NCBI GenBank assembly: GCA_030141605.1
Contig: JAQGDQ010000024.1
Location: 868,001-932,000, forward strand
DNA: 64,000 bases
From: Tubiluchus corallicola
Taxonomy: Eukaryota; Animalia; Priapulida
Direction: 5' to 3'
Below are positions 28,512 to 42,500 of the stretch, piece after piece (within the stretch, counting starts at the first letter, position 1; each line of letters starts with the position of its first letter). The notes beneath the pieces are model-generated. The model saw only the letters and a program-made list of their open reading frames with translations, searched no databases and was not told where the DNA came from. Made by a program: the position numbers and the translations under genes.

Positions 28512-30320
28512 CGACCATTATTATAATATTCTAGTGTAGTATGGTCAGCATTGTTACAATTTGTTTCATGCTTCATGCTGCTTGCACAGCCTACATTTTT
28601 CAGAGGTATGACTGAATCAACTCAAACACTGTGGTCTCACAAGGATACTCCATGAGCATCGGGCTTCGTAAGCCAGTCCGAAAGTCGCCAGCTCAAATCC
28701 ATGCTGTGCTACAACTTTTTCATGTTCCCTATTTTTCAAAGTATGGCCTTAACTTAAACTGTGAGTTGTATCACTGTATGCACTGACTTCATGTACAAGA
28801 AAAGGCTGTTCTCCTTCATAAACAATTAGTAATCTGAAACTTGACCAAACTGCAAAAAACCTTAAGAACATGTTACTGCGTGTGCATGATGATATGTGTG
28901 TTTGCGCTTGTGTATTAAATGATTTCTTTGTTGATATTCAATGCAAAACCAAAAGTACAAAGAGATTAAATCAGATGATTATAATTAAATTTTATTACAA
29001 AAACCACAGCAAACTGATTTATCCTTTGCGCAATTATATCACTCAGTAAAAACTCCCACGTAAAAGGCTAGCAGAAAAGGAGTGAACACAATTCAAACTT
29101 TGTACAGTGTTCTATTTTCATTGCAGTAAAGATAAATAAAATTAACTTTACCAATTTAAGTCTGCATTATTACACCAATTTATTAGAGGTTTAAAGTGAA
29201 TAGTAAAGGAAGTAAGTGAGATAATTCACATGCAAAGTATAAGCTGATAGTTATTTTACATAGAAGTATCAATTAATTAAAGTATATCACAATATCTATT
29301 TTTTATATTTATCAAATTGATCTGTTTAGATTATCAGCAAATGTATAAAGTTAGTGCTGCTACTTGATTGTAAAACCGAATCTTATAACTAAGCAGATAA
29401 AAAATTCTGGGTTTTGTGAACAATAGTAAGTAAAGTACCTAGTAAATGATAAGCCTAGTGACTTCTCGTGTATATAAAAATCAGGCTAATTACATAGTCA
29501 ATAACAGCAATGATAAAATGCAAACTGCGGCACAGGGTCCCCCTCAAACAAAAACAAATCGACGATTTTACACATTGCAGTTATGTTTGATGAAATCATT
29601 TCAGAGTAAATGTCACAGCTAAACACCAATTATTCTGCTAGTAAGAATGTGATGAGCAATGCAACCAAAACGACCTAACATGAATTTGCAGACAAGTTGT
29701 TCGCAGTAGTTTTTAAGCAACCAAACTAACAAAAAACAACCTTTTTACAATGTAATTTAAAGCATTTAGCATTACTATAAACATAACCATGTGTACTGAT
29801 ACTGGAATACATTATAACAAATCTAGTATAAAAACCTACCACACAATAATGAAAAATATGTGCATACAAAGCAATTTATAAATAGCTTTGATAAATCACT
29901 TTCTATAACTGGAAAACATCTAACATAATTGTAGCTAATAGCTTTTGCACATTCTGCATAACTACTTATTACCAATTTACTTTCTCATATCTTTCTAATT
30001 ATTTGAGCATTTTTTTATTTGACCTCATATTATTTGAATTTTAAATGTGCATAACAAAGCACGCAGTTACTATTAGGTCTACTTTTCATTTAAATACAAA
30101 TAAACGGTATATTGAATTGTGAGGTATAATTAGGTAGCCAATATAGGTGTAAAATAATAGAAAAAAGTAGTAATGCATTTTCCGAGTAGATGTTTAATTA
30201 CATGTCATAATAAAAAAAGCAGATTATTAACTTTCACAAAGCTGAGATTTAAATAAGCATGGTTTTCCACAACAGATGGCGCCACCATCAAATGACAAAA
30301 TGTTATTAAAATTAGTTACT

Positions 30321-30553
30321 CTAAACATCCACGAAAATGTTATGCATAGTCAACAGGATAGTAATCACTACAGCACAGAAGCTAAATGCATTCTGACTGC
30401 TGTCACCCCTGGGAAGGGTTTGTGATCGTCTGATATTTGAACTGGAATCATCTAACCTGACGTCCATGGCTGGAGCATCATTGAAGCTCACTAGTCTTTC
30501 CCTCACAGGTGGTCTGCACAATGCTGGGGTATCGTACGGCCGAATTCTGGATG
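30321..30553 (-). CDS. Host last coding exon: stalk with RGDS and C-terminal hydrophobic tail (putative GPI signal)
   Basis: tttacag acceptor, phase 1; ends ...TLPRGDSSQNAFSFCAVVITILLTMHNIFVDV* with no cytoplasmic tail. Confidence 0.78.
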
Positions 30554-33500
30554 CTGTAAACAAGTAAAAACATAGAAAATAAAGCCATGGTGTTACTGGA
30601 AATGTTGCCATGTGCTTGAACAGCTAGCAAAGATGCTTGCTCATTAAAGTAAGAAGAACACAAATTATTAGATTAGGATCTGTTGTTGAAACAAATAGAA
30701 TCTAGAAACTTGAAACACAACAGGAGTGATTGCAAAATTAGCCCAGTAATGGCAAAAAGAGTTGGTTCGCTACCAGAAATGGTCAGCATCAATGCAGTTA
30801 TCATCGAACCTGACAAAAATGAACACAAATGTACAAATGCAATAGTAGTTACATTTGCCAGACAGAGAAATATCCTATTGTAAAAACACTGATCAGTAAA
30901 GTCACACTTAACAAGTCACACTTTTTAACTTCTACCAAATGCCTCTGTTTACCGGCTAATGGTGAATTAACTATGGTGAATTTGTCTAGCACCATCTACT
31001 ACAATAGGCAAACCACCAAATAATCTTACAGTCATAACATCGTAGTGGTCCAAGTAAATGATATCCTTGTTCTTCACGGCCTCCTGTGTCACCAAATCGT
31101 ATCTGGGTTACCGGTAGCAAGTCCTTATCATTCAGCAGCCCCGAATCTTCATCCCAAAATGTTGAGTTATTTACATCACAGTTACACCTATAATACAATT
31201 TTAACATTATTAGTTATCTGTATCAAATTTGTTTTACTTTTTTCAAAATTCTGACATAATGCTAATTGCTGTTAAACAACCAAAGTGCTGTCTTCAAAGC
31301 TTAAGACTACAGTTAGTTTGCTACTTTTGTGCACATTTTACTTAGCTAAACCCCATATAAATTAAATACACTGTAGTTCTAGACAGTATTTACTGTTATA
31401 TTTTAGCTAATCCAAATAACTGCTTGTGTGGATCCATATTTATATCATCACAAATGTATGTGGATGGAAGGAAGATCTGTTAAAATTGGTTACAAGTAAA
31501 TAAGACAATGGAAATGGACATTTACTTTTCTCCATCTCGGCAAGATTTATCTGCATAGCATCCGCATTCTTCAGTCCCTGATGGTGCTCCACCCCAATTT
31601 CGCTGCTGCACAATTCCGTCACGACCAACCCACCATGCATACACTCTATAAACATTCAAAACATCATGATTTCAAGCAATTTTTTTACTTTGTTTCAAGC
31701 AGCATTTGCAACTTTTTGGGTTGCAGCTGAGCACTAAAATTCTTATACAGCAAAAACTTAGAGTACACAATATTTAGTGTCACACCAAAGGAATGAATGG
31801 GCAGAATGATGCTATAATAAAATTTGAAAAATGAGGGAAAACCAGTAACATGCAATAGAAAAAAATTGCATCAAAAAGGTAAAATTTTGAAAAAAGATTT
31901 TAGCAAGCATTCAAACACACTGTCATTTGCCATCAACAACTGCTGTAGCGAGTTCTAAAACACAGCAGGATTACCACAAAAAACAGAGTAATTAAAATGA
32001 TATAAATTTGGCTAAATAGTAAAAATGCAAAACTTCTAACCATGATCTTTTTATTCCAATCGTCGTGTAATTTAAATTTAGCTCCGTTGTCATTGGCGCA
32101 CATGTAAGGCTTATTTGTGAAATTACATGGCATAATTACTTACATTGGTGGGTCAAAAATGTAGCTTCTGAAAAGACTCCCCTTGCACTCATAGCGGATA
32201 AACTGATCACATGTTCTTGAAGCTTCAATTAAGCTAATAATTTGATCCATTGAGGCCTCTGCATAAAACAGCATATAGAATCAGGCATGCTCTGGCCATA
32301 TCTCAGCCATAGAACTATGTGTACGTATTTCTACTGATGTAATTATAAAAATACAACTTTTAGCTCACAGTCATCGAAATAATACAACTGAGAAGATTAG
32401 AGCTTTCATTATTTGGCCTCATTATTTCAATACATAAGCTTAATTTTCAATTTGACAAGTAATAAAAAATTACACGATGTAGAAAAAGTGCAACAATTCT
32501 TAAAAGCCATGCACTGCTATTAAAAGAATTACTATTTTAGAATAATAATTATAGCATTAACTCAAGGTAACTTAATTTTTTCAAAGTAAGTGCCATAATA
32601 ATGTAAATGTAAAAGAACATACCTTTGTATGTGACCTGATTCATGTACGAACCCGGCGTTTCTGTGTCATTCACATGTGTACAGTCCTCGCTATAGTGAT
32701 GCACCAGTGTGTACACTAAAGCATTAATCAAATAATGCATGTTAGTAACTGTGGTTATCAAAAATGTCACATACTTGGACATAACTACAACATTGGATAT
32801 AACCTAGACTAGAAATTTTAGGGTACTAATAGTATGTATTGATGATGATGATAATCCTCTGTAGCATGCCAAATTAACTGTAAATATTGTACAAATTTCA
32901 CTTGCAAAAACTCAAAACTCTTGAAAACATGATTCAATCAACATATGAGTGCAGTGTGTCATTATGACAATAAATACTCAGGTTTGGTGGACAATGTTAC
33001 ATCGACTAACTGTTCATGGGACAAATCTTACATCCATATCATAGAACATGATAACAAACCCAAAAATTTACTGTCAAAGTAAATGTTCACATTCGGCATA
33101 ATTTAAGACATATGATTAATACTCAAAACGATATGTTTTCCAAAAATTTGACGTCATCGTGGGATACTATGCTTCATTTGCCATAGCTGGTGTGATATAT
33201 TTTGTTTTGTGACAAATTTGTTTATCTGTTATTTCATGTAATGTATTCAAGTTAGATTCAAGCTTATACTTCAAAATCACTGCTGTTAGGTACTTTGAAA
33301 TATTGAAATCACCTATTAATAAATTGTTTCTTGTTGTACCCATTTAGCTATTTTAAAAAAGCTAATTAAGAAATCGTATACACTGTGCTGGGGAACTATT
33401 TGCCAATTTCGATGTTCAGTAGAATACACTTGATCAGAATATATAAGAAATCCATTGAGTTTTGATACTACTATGTTAACTAACAGCAGGAATAGTCTCC

Positions 33501-36500
33501 AGATGAATCACATGTTTCACTGAGTGTAACTCAAAAACAAGACGCTTTGTCCTAAATTTAGCCCCCTAAAATAATCGGACGCATGTAGTGCCCTATGTTG
33601 ACACAGCATCGTTAAGAAAGAATAAATTGCACAATTTTCTTACCATTACGACCAGATATGTTACATTCCACTTTGAATTTATCAAGACCTCCAGGGCCAT
33701 CAGGATCAATGTAGTAAATACCGCTCTCAACAAATTCTTCTCTAGCCATTGCTGAGCATGTTGTGTACACTAAAATACAAAATAGTCATTAGCTTCAGCC
33801 TTTGAAATGTTAAAAACATTATATCTTTTTTTTGGCAAACACAGGAAAGTTTTTCTTCTTTATTAACTAACAAGCCACACAAATGTTGTAAAATGAGAAA
33901 ACTTCGCGACACTAATCATTTATTAGTCAAGATCTTTAAACTTTGAACTTAAACTCTTCATCTAAACTTTAAACTTTAGATACGATAAACATTCAGGATC
34001 ATTCTTCCATGTAGGTAAACATCCTAGAAATCTCCCATTCTGCAAACAACAAACAAATTAATGATGAGCTTTTTCCACTACAAAAATCAACAAATTTGTT
34101 AGATATCACCCTATAAAAAGAACTTGTTGTTTAGTTAAATTTAAACTACTTCATCAAGCACTACCAAGATGCAACTGATGAAGATTTGGGTAATAAGGTA
34201 ACAATTTCCAAAATTCTGTTTAATTTTAATGTATAACCAGCCAACTATAAGTTTGTTAGTAGGCACAAATTTCTCCAAAAAATTTTTTTTACATCATTTG
34301 ATTTTATTCAAATATTATACAAGAAAAGAATTTTCAAAAAATTTTATTCAAAAAAGATGTTTCAGCAACACTGTAGCAGTCACCACCAGGAAACCTTCTT
34401 CCTCACGATGACTGTTAAATGTGCTTTTGAAGCGTTGTTGCAATAAAAAATATATCTATTATTGTGGGATTACTAACTACCGATATTTTTCCTTTTATTA
34501 AAAATTATAACTTCAGTAGCTTTGCTGATTAACTGCCTGCAAATGATCAACTCAAATTCTGTGAAGGATCAGCATATAAAGATAATTATATAGCAACATG
34601 AAATGGCTGATTTCTAACTTTCTAATGTTTTCAAAAACAGTAAACTCACTCAACAGACAGTATAACAACATTCAACAGTTGCATGGTACTGAAGTATTAC
34701 TTGATTGCTTGTAATATGCCAACCTTTTCCACTTGGTGGTGTTAGTAAAGTAGTGCTAACACTAGTTTCAGTTGTAGTGCTGCCGGGAACATCGGGGTCA
34801 TTATGACACGATCGTCTTGGATTGTACGGTAATGCTTTTGTACCTGTTAATCGAAATAAATCTTGGTTCAGATGCATGTGAATTTAAAACAAAATTTTTA
34901 AAAACAAATGTCGTCAATGTTTTAAACAATGGTAAAAAATAAAGTAAAACTAGTTTACATCAGCCAGCTTCTAATGGTCAAAGCATTTTGTAAGGGACAA
35001 CGGAAAAGTAAGGGTGTCGACTGACTTCACATAATTACTGGGTATACCCACCTTTGTAACACCGCAATGGACCAAGAACATAAAAACCCTTCTCATTTTC
35101 ACCGCCAGTATCACCAAAGTGTAAAGAGGAAACAGGTAAAAGTGATTTATCTGTTATTAGTCCACTGTCCTCTGTCCACATATTTTGATTTGCATCACAA
35201 TTGCACCTGTTACACAATACGAGTATGATAATTAGCAAAACAAATAAATTTGTTTCTTAGACAATTACCATATATTTAAATGCCATGCATGCGCAGAGAG
35301 AGAGAGGGAGAGTGACTGTTAGACTCATGCAAAAAGTAACGCAACCATGAGTGCCATGCTATAACATAAATTCCATAGTCGCATGGCAAACATTAGGAGC
35401 CATGTTCTACAATGGAGAAACTGCATTCTATTGTACGGCAAAAACAGCAATTGAGCAACACACTTTTAATGTATTGTCCAATATGCAGGCCAGCATTCTC
35501 TCTCTGCACATGCTATGAACAATTACACAATTAACAACAGCACAAATACAAACAGTGGCAGATTAAAGGGGAGGTGGCTGATTGGGCTTTGGCCAAGTGC
35601 CACAAAATATATGGGCCAAAGTTAATTTAAAATTTATTTGGTACAATAAATGGGATGTTATGCTTAGATAATTCAATAAGTTTTTAGCAAATGGATGCAA
35701 ATTGTTACCATATTTGGTATGAATTACATTTGTGCGACCAGAATATGCCATTAGTAAATTTGAATCAGACTGATGCACTGAAACCACCTCTCAAAACAAG
35801 CATGAACAATCACATTTTGCAAATTCGTTAGGCAAAAATTTGATGCCTAAAGCATCATATATTCGTTTGTTTTGCTTTTGCTGAAGAAGTATGACAAATG
35901 CACCATGTCAAAACATTATACAATAACAGGCAACGATTGCTACATAGCTAAAATAGAACAATAATTAAAAATATCTAGGCAAAAATTGGGCATTAACTGA
36001 GCAAACACATGAGCTGTCACACATAAAAGAGAATGCTGTTGACAAAACTAACACACAGTGCATCAGGCTAGAAAGTGAAATTGCTTTCGCGACAAAAGAA
36101 GAACATTTGCTGTCAAGAGTAGGCTACTGTCAACACATATGCACATAGTATGTATTGACCAGTGCAATTACTACAAGCCAAAGCAAAAAAGATTCTATTC
36201 ATGTTAACTGCAACTTTGTACAATCAAGTAATCATAACAGCATGAAGCAAAGTTTACAAGCTGCATCTTTATTAAACAAGGTTATCATAAAACATTTTGT
36301 TACCACTTGGACAAACAACACAATGCGCAAAATCCAAAGATGAACACAGTATCTGCTATACAATGAAGAGTAAATGACAGTTATGCGTTGAAAGCAAAAA
36401 TGAACACCTCCCTGAATTTCACATTGGGTGAGAGCCACCTGACGTTATATATGGGACTGCATTATTCAGAAAACAGCAATCGGTTTTTATGTGCAGTACA

Positions 36501-39500
36501 GATTCTTATGGGAATATTTAGCATCATCATTAATACGCTGATTATAATTGCACTAAAAAACAGTGAGGCAATGACAGAACCATCACATAAGATTATCATT
36601 AGTTTATCATGCACGGATCTTCTCAATGGAGTTTTGGTCGCCACTTCAACCATTTTCTATTTTGTGCACAATGACAAGTTATGCCTGACTTTATCATATT
36701 TAATGTGTCTGACGCTTTGTCAATGCTCTAACAATGTTATGTTGATTGCGTTTGACAGATACGTAAGCATCACAAGACCTCTACATTATTATCAAATTGT
36801 GACAGAAAAAAGAATGGTAGTGATGATATTTGTCTCGTGGATATTTGCTTTTCTCATACCAAGTTTATCAATGACTGTATTTAAGAGAATTTCCATTTTT
36901 GAAGAATGTCGTATATTTTTCTTTGTAGTAGATGGTACACACAGACTGTGTTTTGTTGTAGCCATACTACTTTTAGTGTTTATCTTTGTAGTGTACATCC
37001 AACTGTGGATCATTGTCAGGCGACACAGATCAAGAATTCAATCAGAGCACTCTGGTGGATATGCAGCTCAGTTAAAGAGACACTTGTCTGATGCTAAACC
37101 ATTTCTAATTATTCTTGGCGCTTTCTTCATTTTCTCATGTCCCATGCTAATAGCAGTAGCCTTAGCAATGTTCAATGTGCATTATCAAAAGTTTGACATT
37201 ACAGCAGTCTTGATGTTCTATATAGGCAACGCAGCAAACCCAATATTCACCATTCAAGATAAGAGAGTGAAAAGCGCAGTGAAACAATGTTTTAATAGGT
37301 GGATTCAATGCAAATATGGCAGTCAAAATGGACAGCAGTAAACATCTTCAGTAAGGTTTAAATTTTCTATTAAACTACAATAACAAAGTTTCAATGTCAT
37401 AATTAGCTGCTTACAAAAATTTACCCAACCTCACTAAAGTTTGTAAAGATGATGATTTTAATAGAAAATTATGATATTGAAGCCAAGTTATAACAAGGTA
37501 AACCAATTTTAAAATCATAGGAATCCAACTATTACTCTTTATAACAAACAGTTGAATTCTTTTGCTTAGTAGTTTTATGCCACGTGCAAATTATAAAAAA
37601 TAACAATCTAATTTGACAGTACATATGTGGATAACTACATATATGCATATATGTAATAAAAGTGCAAAATGTTAACACATCATAAATATATAACTGTTTT
37701 CAGAAAAGCAGCCCTGAAATCTTCCCAGTAACTACACTAAACTGGTGAATTGAACACCCTGTATTAAAGACATTCTAAATCAATGTTTTATGTGAAACAG
37801 ACGCTTCTAGAAGTCTGTAAATAGTTGTTAAAAAAGTTTCTTGAAGAGTTTGTCTTGCAGAAAAAATTTCAAAGCAAAAGTAGTCAAAACCTTCTGGGAA
37901 ATGCACCTAAAACTGTAACGTGCCGAGGGTTATTTGGTTTAAAACAAAATAACTACTGCCACTATTGTAACGTTTTGTAACCGCTATTACATTCCTAATT
38001 TTTATATAATGATCAGGAAAATATACTACATGTATTTTCACGGGTTCGTCTGCTGTTTTTTAAGGCTGTTTAGTTAAAAACAAAACAAGATGAAACATAA
38101 ATTTTAAAGCTATAATTATTACAAAAGAAGAGTACAACAACAAGTCAACAATAAGAGCTCAAAAATTACTATTAGTGGCTTGCTGTCAAAACCCCCAAGG
38201 AAAGATGAGGATAGGAAAATGAATGTGCATAACTTATCTGAATGTTCATGACGATGTTGTGCACAACTTGACGATCGTCCCACAATGACAACGCTGACGC
38301 CGGCAACATGACAATCCTCCATGAGCCATAACAATGCAGATGACGACAGCTAATCAACAGCTTCCAGCAGCCCTCTTGTAGTCTACAACACCAACGTACC
38401 AACAGCTGACTGGAATGGAATAACATCACACTTCTGTGGCTTGACCAGCTCTTCAAACCATGCAACAGCAACGAGACTGAGACAGACAGGCTATACAACA
38501 GGAACACTGTCCTTTTGGCCAAAACAACACTTAGCTCAGCTCTCCATGGTAAAGAAGTTACACCACAGATCGTGTACCAGCCTTTCCAGATGAATACGTT
38601 AACTACAGGTATACTGGAACATGCCCACTGGTCAGACCAACAACTAACGTCTGTACCAGTGAAAAATATCAACTCAACTGTCCAGAACAGGTATTGCTTT
38701 TTCTGCATAAGCAAACGAAGCACTCCAACAGGTAAGTACAAACCATTTTAAGTGACAGGGGCGAGGAGATGATGAAATGAAAGAACACATACAGCAGTGC
38801 AAGCCAAGCAAGCCATTCACTATCAAAATTAGCAACACGCACCTCACAAAAACCAAATTATATGATTGCCAACAAATGAAGCTAATGTTGTTGGCAATTT
38901 CCAAGTGTTTATTCACATACGTTACACAGTGGTATTATGAACTGTATTGACACAGAAGGTGAGAAAGTTTATTAGTAGGTGGTGCAATTGGCAAAGTTGA
39001 CAGTTGTTGACTAAAGCAATATATATTCTTTTGTTTTTTTTCATAGGAGCATGACAAATTCACAGTATCGGTCAAAACGCTACGCAATAACAAGCAGCCA
39101 CGGCTAAACAGAAAAAATTGAACAATAATTAAATATCAAGCCAAAAATTGAGTAATCGATGAGCAAACATAGGTTGTCACACATAAATGAATGTGTTGTT
39201 GACTTACAAAGCACAATACATCAGGCTACCGACAATACATCAGAAACTGAAATGTTTTCATGACAAAAGCAGAATATCATTAGGCTCATGAGCTTAAGCT
39301 TCCATCAACACAAGAATAACTTAAACAGAACGTATGCACATATTGCATATTTCTCAGTACAATTAATACATGCCAAAGCACAAGTGATCACATTAATGTG
39401 AAGCAAGCCTAGAAGTTGCAGCAAAAATGAACACCTCCCTGAATTTCACATTGACTGAGAGCAACCTAACGTTATATACGGGACTGCATTATTCAGAAAA

Positions 39501-42500
39501 AAGCATACAGGTTTTATGCGCAGTACAGATTCTTATGGGAACATTTAGCATCATCATTAATACGCTGATTATAACTTCACTAAAAAACAGTGAGGCAATG
39601 ACAGAACCATCACATAAGATTATCATTAGTTTATCGTGCACGGATCTTCTCAATGGAGTTTTGGTCGCCACTTCAACCACTTTCTATTATGTGCACAATG
39701 ACAAGTTATGCCTGACTTTATCATATTTAATGTGTCTGACGCTTTGTCAATGCTCTAACAATGTTATGTTGATTGCGTTCGACAGATACGTAAGCATCAC
39801 AAGACCTCTACATTATTATCAAATCGTCACAGAAAAAAGAATTGTAGTGATGATACTTGTCTCGTGGATATTTGCTTTTCTCATACCAAGTTTGTCGCTG
39901 ACTATATTTAAGAGAACTTCCATATCTGAAGAATGTCGTATATTTTTCATTGTAAAAGATGTTATTCACAGACTGTGTTTTGCTGTGGTCATACTACTTT
40001 TTCTAGCTATCTTTGCAGTGTACATCCAAGTGTGGATCATTGTTAGGCGACATAGCAGATCAAGAATTCACTCAGAGCACTCTGGCGGATATGCAGCTCA
40101 GTTAAAGAAACACTTGTCTATTGCTAAACCATTTCTAATTGTTCTCGGCATTTTCTTCATTTTCACATGTCCAATGATAATAGCATATGCCTTAGCAATG
40201 TTTAACGTGCATTATCAAAAGTTTGACATGGCAGTTGTCTTGACGTTCTACATAGGCACTGCAGCAAACCCAATATTCACCATTCAAGACAAAAAAGTGA
40301 AAAGTGCAGTGAAACAACGTCTAACCAGGTGGATGCAAAAATGCAAATATGGCAGTCAATGCGAACAGCAGTAAACCTCAGTAAGTTTTAAATTTCTATT
40401 AAACTACAGTGGCAATGGCATATGGAGTTATTTACAAGAACGTATCCTCAAAAAGTTTATAAAGGCAATAATTTTAATAAAGATATCGAAGCCAAGTTGT
40501 AACAGCGGAACTCAAGTTTAAAATCATGGGCAGTCATGTATTGCTTATTATAACAAGCAGCCAAGTTTTTATTTAGTAGTTTTATGCTATGTAAAAAGAA
40601 AAAATAACAATCTGTTACCGACAAAAAAGTTAATTTGACAGTACAAACATTATTGAAAATAAAGCAATATATAGATATATTCTTAATTCTTCTGTGAAAT
40701 AATCATGTCTCCAGCTTCCAAATAATTAGCAAAAGCATGAAATGTAAACACAGCATAAATATATAATTGTTTTTAAAAAAAGCAGTTGCCAATTACTAAA
40801 GACATTTCAAATCAATGTTCAGTGTGAAATAGATGCTTCTAGAAACGTCTGGAAATAATTTTTAAGAAAAAAGTTTCTTGCAAAAGAAATTATTTCTGCA
40901 GAAAACTTTCAATGAAAAAGTGAACAAAACTTGCTTGAAAGTCACCTAAAACCAAATTATAAGATTGTCAACAACTGTAGTTGATGTTGTTGGCAATTTC
41001 CAAGGGTTTATTCGCATACGTTACACAGTGTTATTATGAGCTATATTGATACAAAAGGCGAGAACTTTTATTTGTAAATACAAAAGCTCCACTCAAGTAG
41101 AGCAATTGATAATGTTTTTATGCCTAAAGCATCATATGTCTTTTGTTTTTTAAATGAGCATGACAAATAAATAGCATTAGTCAAAACACTGAACAATAAC
41201 AGGTAACAATAGCTAAACAGATAAAAAACGAGCAGTAATTAAAAATATCTAGCTAAAAACTCAGCAATTATTAAGCAAACATGGGCTGTCACATATAAAT
41301 TAGTGTAATGTTGACTTGCTAAGCACAGTGTATGAGGTCAATAATCAAAACTGTTTTCGTGACAAAGGCAGAATATCATTAGGCTCTTGAGCTTAAGCTT
41401 CCTTCAACACAAGAATAACTTAAACAGAACGTATGCACATATTGTATTTTCTAGTGCAATTAATACATGCCAAAGCACAAGTGATCACATAATGTGAAGC
41501 AAGCCGAAGTTGCAGCAAAAATGAACACCTCCCTGAATTTCACATTGACTGAGAGCAACCTAACGTTATATACGGGACTGCATTATTCAGAAAAAAGCAT
41601 ACAGGTTTTATGCGCAGTACAGATTCTTATGGGAACATTTAGCATCATCATTAATACGCTGATTATAACTTCACTAAAAAACAGTGAGGCAATGACAGAA
41701 CCATCACATAAGATTATCATTAGTTTATCGTGCACGGATCTTCTCAATGGAGTTTTGGTCGCCACTTCAACCACTTTCTATTATGTGTTCAATGACAAGT
41801 TATGCCTGACTTTATCATATTTAATGTGTCTGACGCTTTGTCAATGCTCTAACAATGTTATGTTGATTGCGTTAGACAAATACGTAAGCATCACAAGACC
41901 TCTACATTATTATCAAATCGTCACAGAAAAAAGAATGGTAGTGGTGATATTAGCCTCCTGGATTTTTGCTTTTCTAATACCAAGTTTATCAATAACTGTA
42001 TTAAAGAGAACTTCAAGTTTTGAAGCTTAAGCTTCCATCAACACAAGAATATCATTTGGCTCATGGGCTTAAGCTTCCATCAACACAAGAATATCATTAG
42101 GCTCATGAGCTTAAGCTTCCATCAACACAAGAATATCATTAGGCTAATGAGCTTAAGCTTCCATCAACACAAGAATAACTTAAACAGAACCTACGCACAT
42201 ATTGCGTATTTCTCAGTACAATTAATACAGGCCAAAGCACAAGTGATCACATTAATGTGAAGCAAGCCTAGAAGTTGCAGCAAAAATGAACACCTCCCTG
42301 AATTTCACATTGACTGAGAGCAACCTAACGTTATATACAGAACTGCATTATTCAGAAAAAAGCATACAGTTTTTATGTGCAGTACAGATTCTTATGGGAA
42401 CATTTAGCATCATCATTAATACGCTGATTATAACTTCACTAAAAAACAGTGAGGCAATGACAGAACCGTCACATAAGATTATCATTAGTTTATCGTGCAC

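Noticed and set aside
28991-28996. AATAAA on the minus strand as the host poly(A) signal
   Set aside because: Plausible, but several equivalent hexamers lie in this AT-rich region and cannot be ranked without 3'-end data.
38172-38741. 189-aa minus-strand ORF
   Set aside because: Non-ATG start, no motif, and it does not fit the host exon chain.
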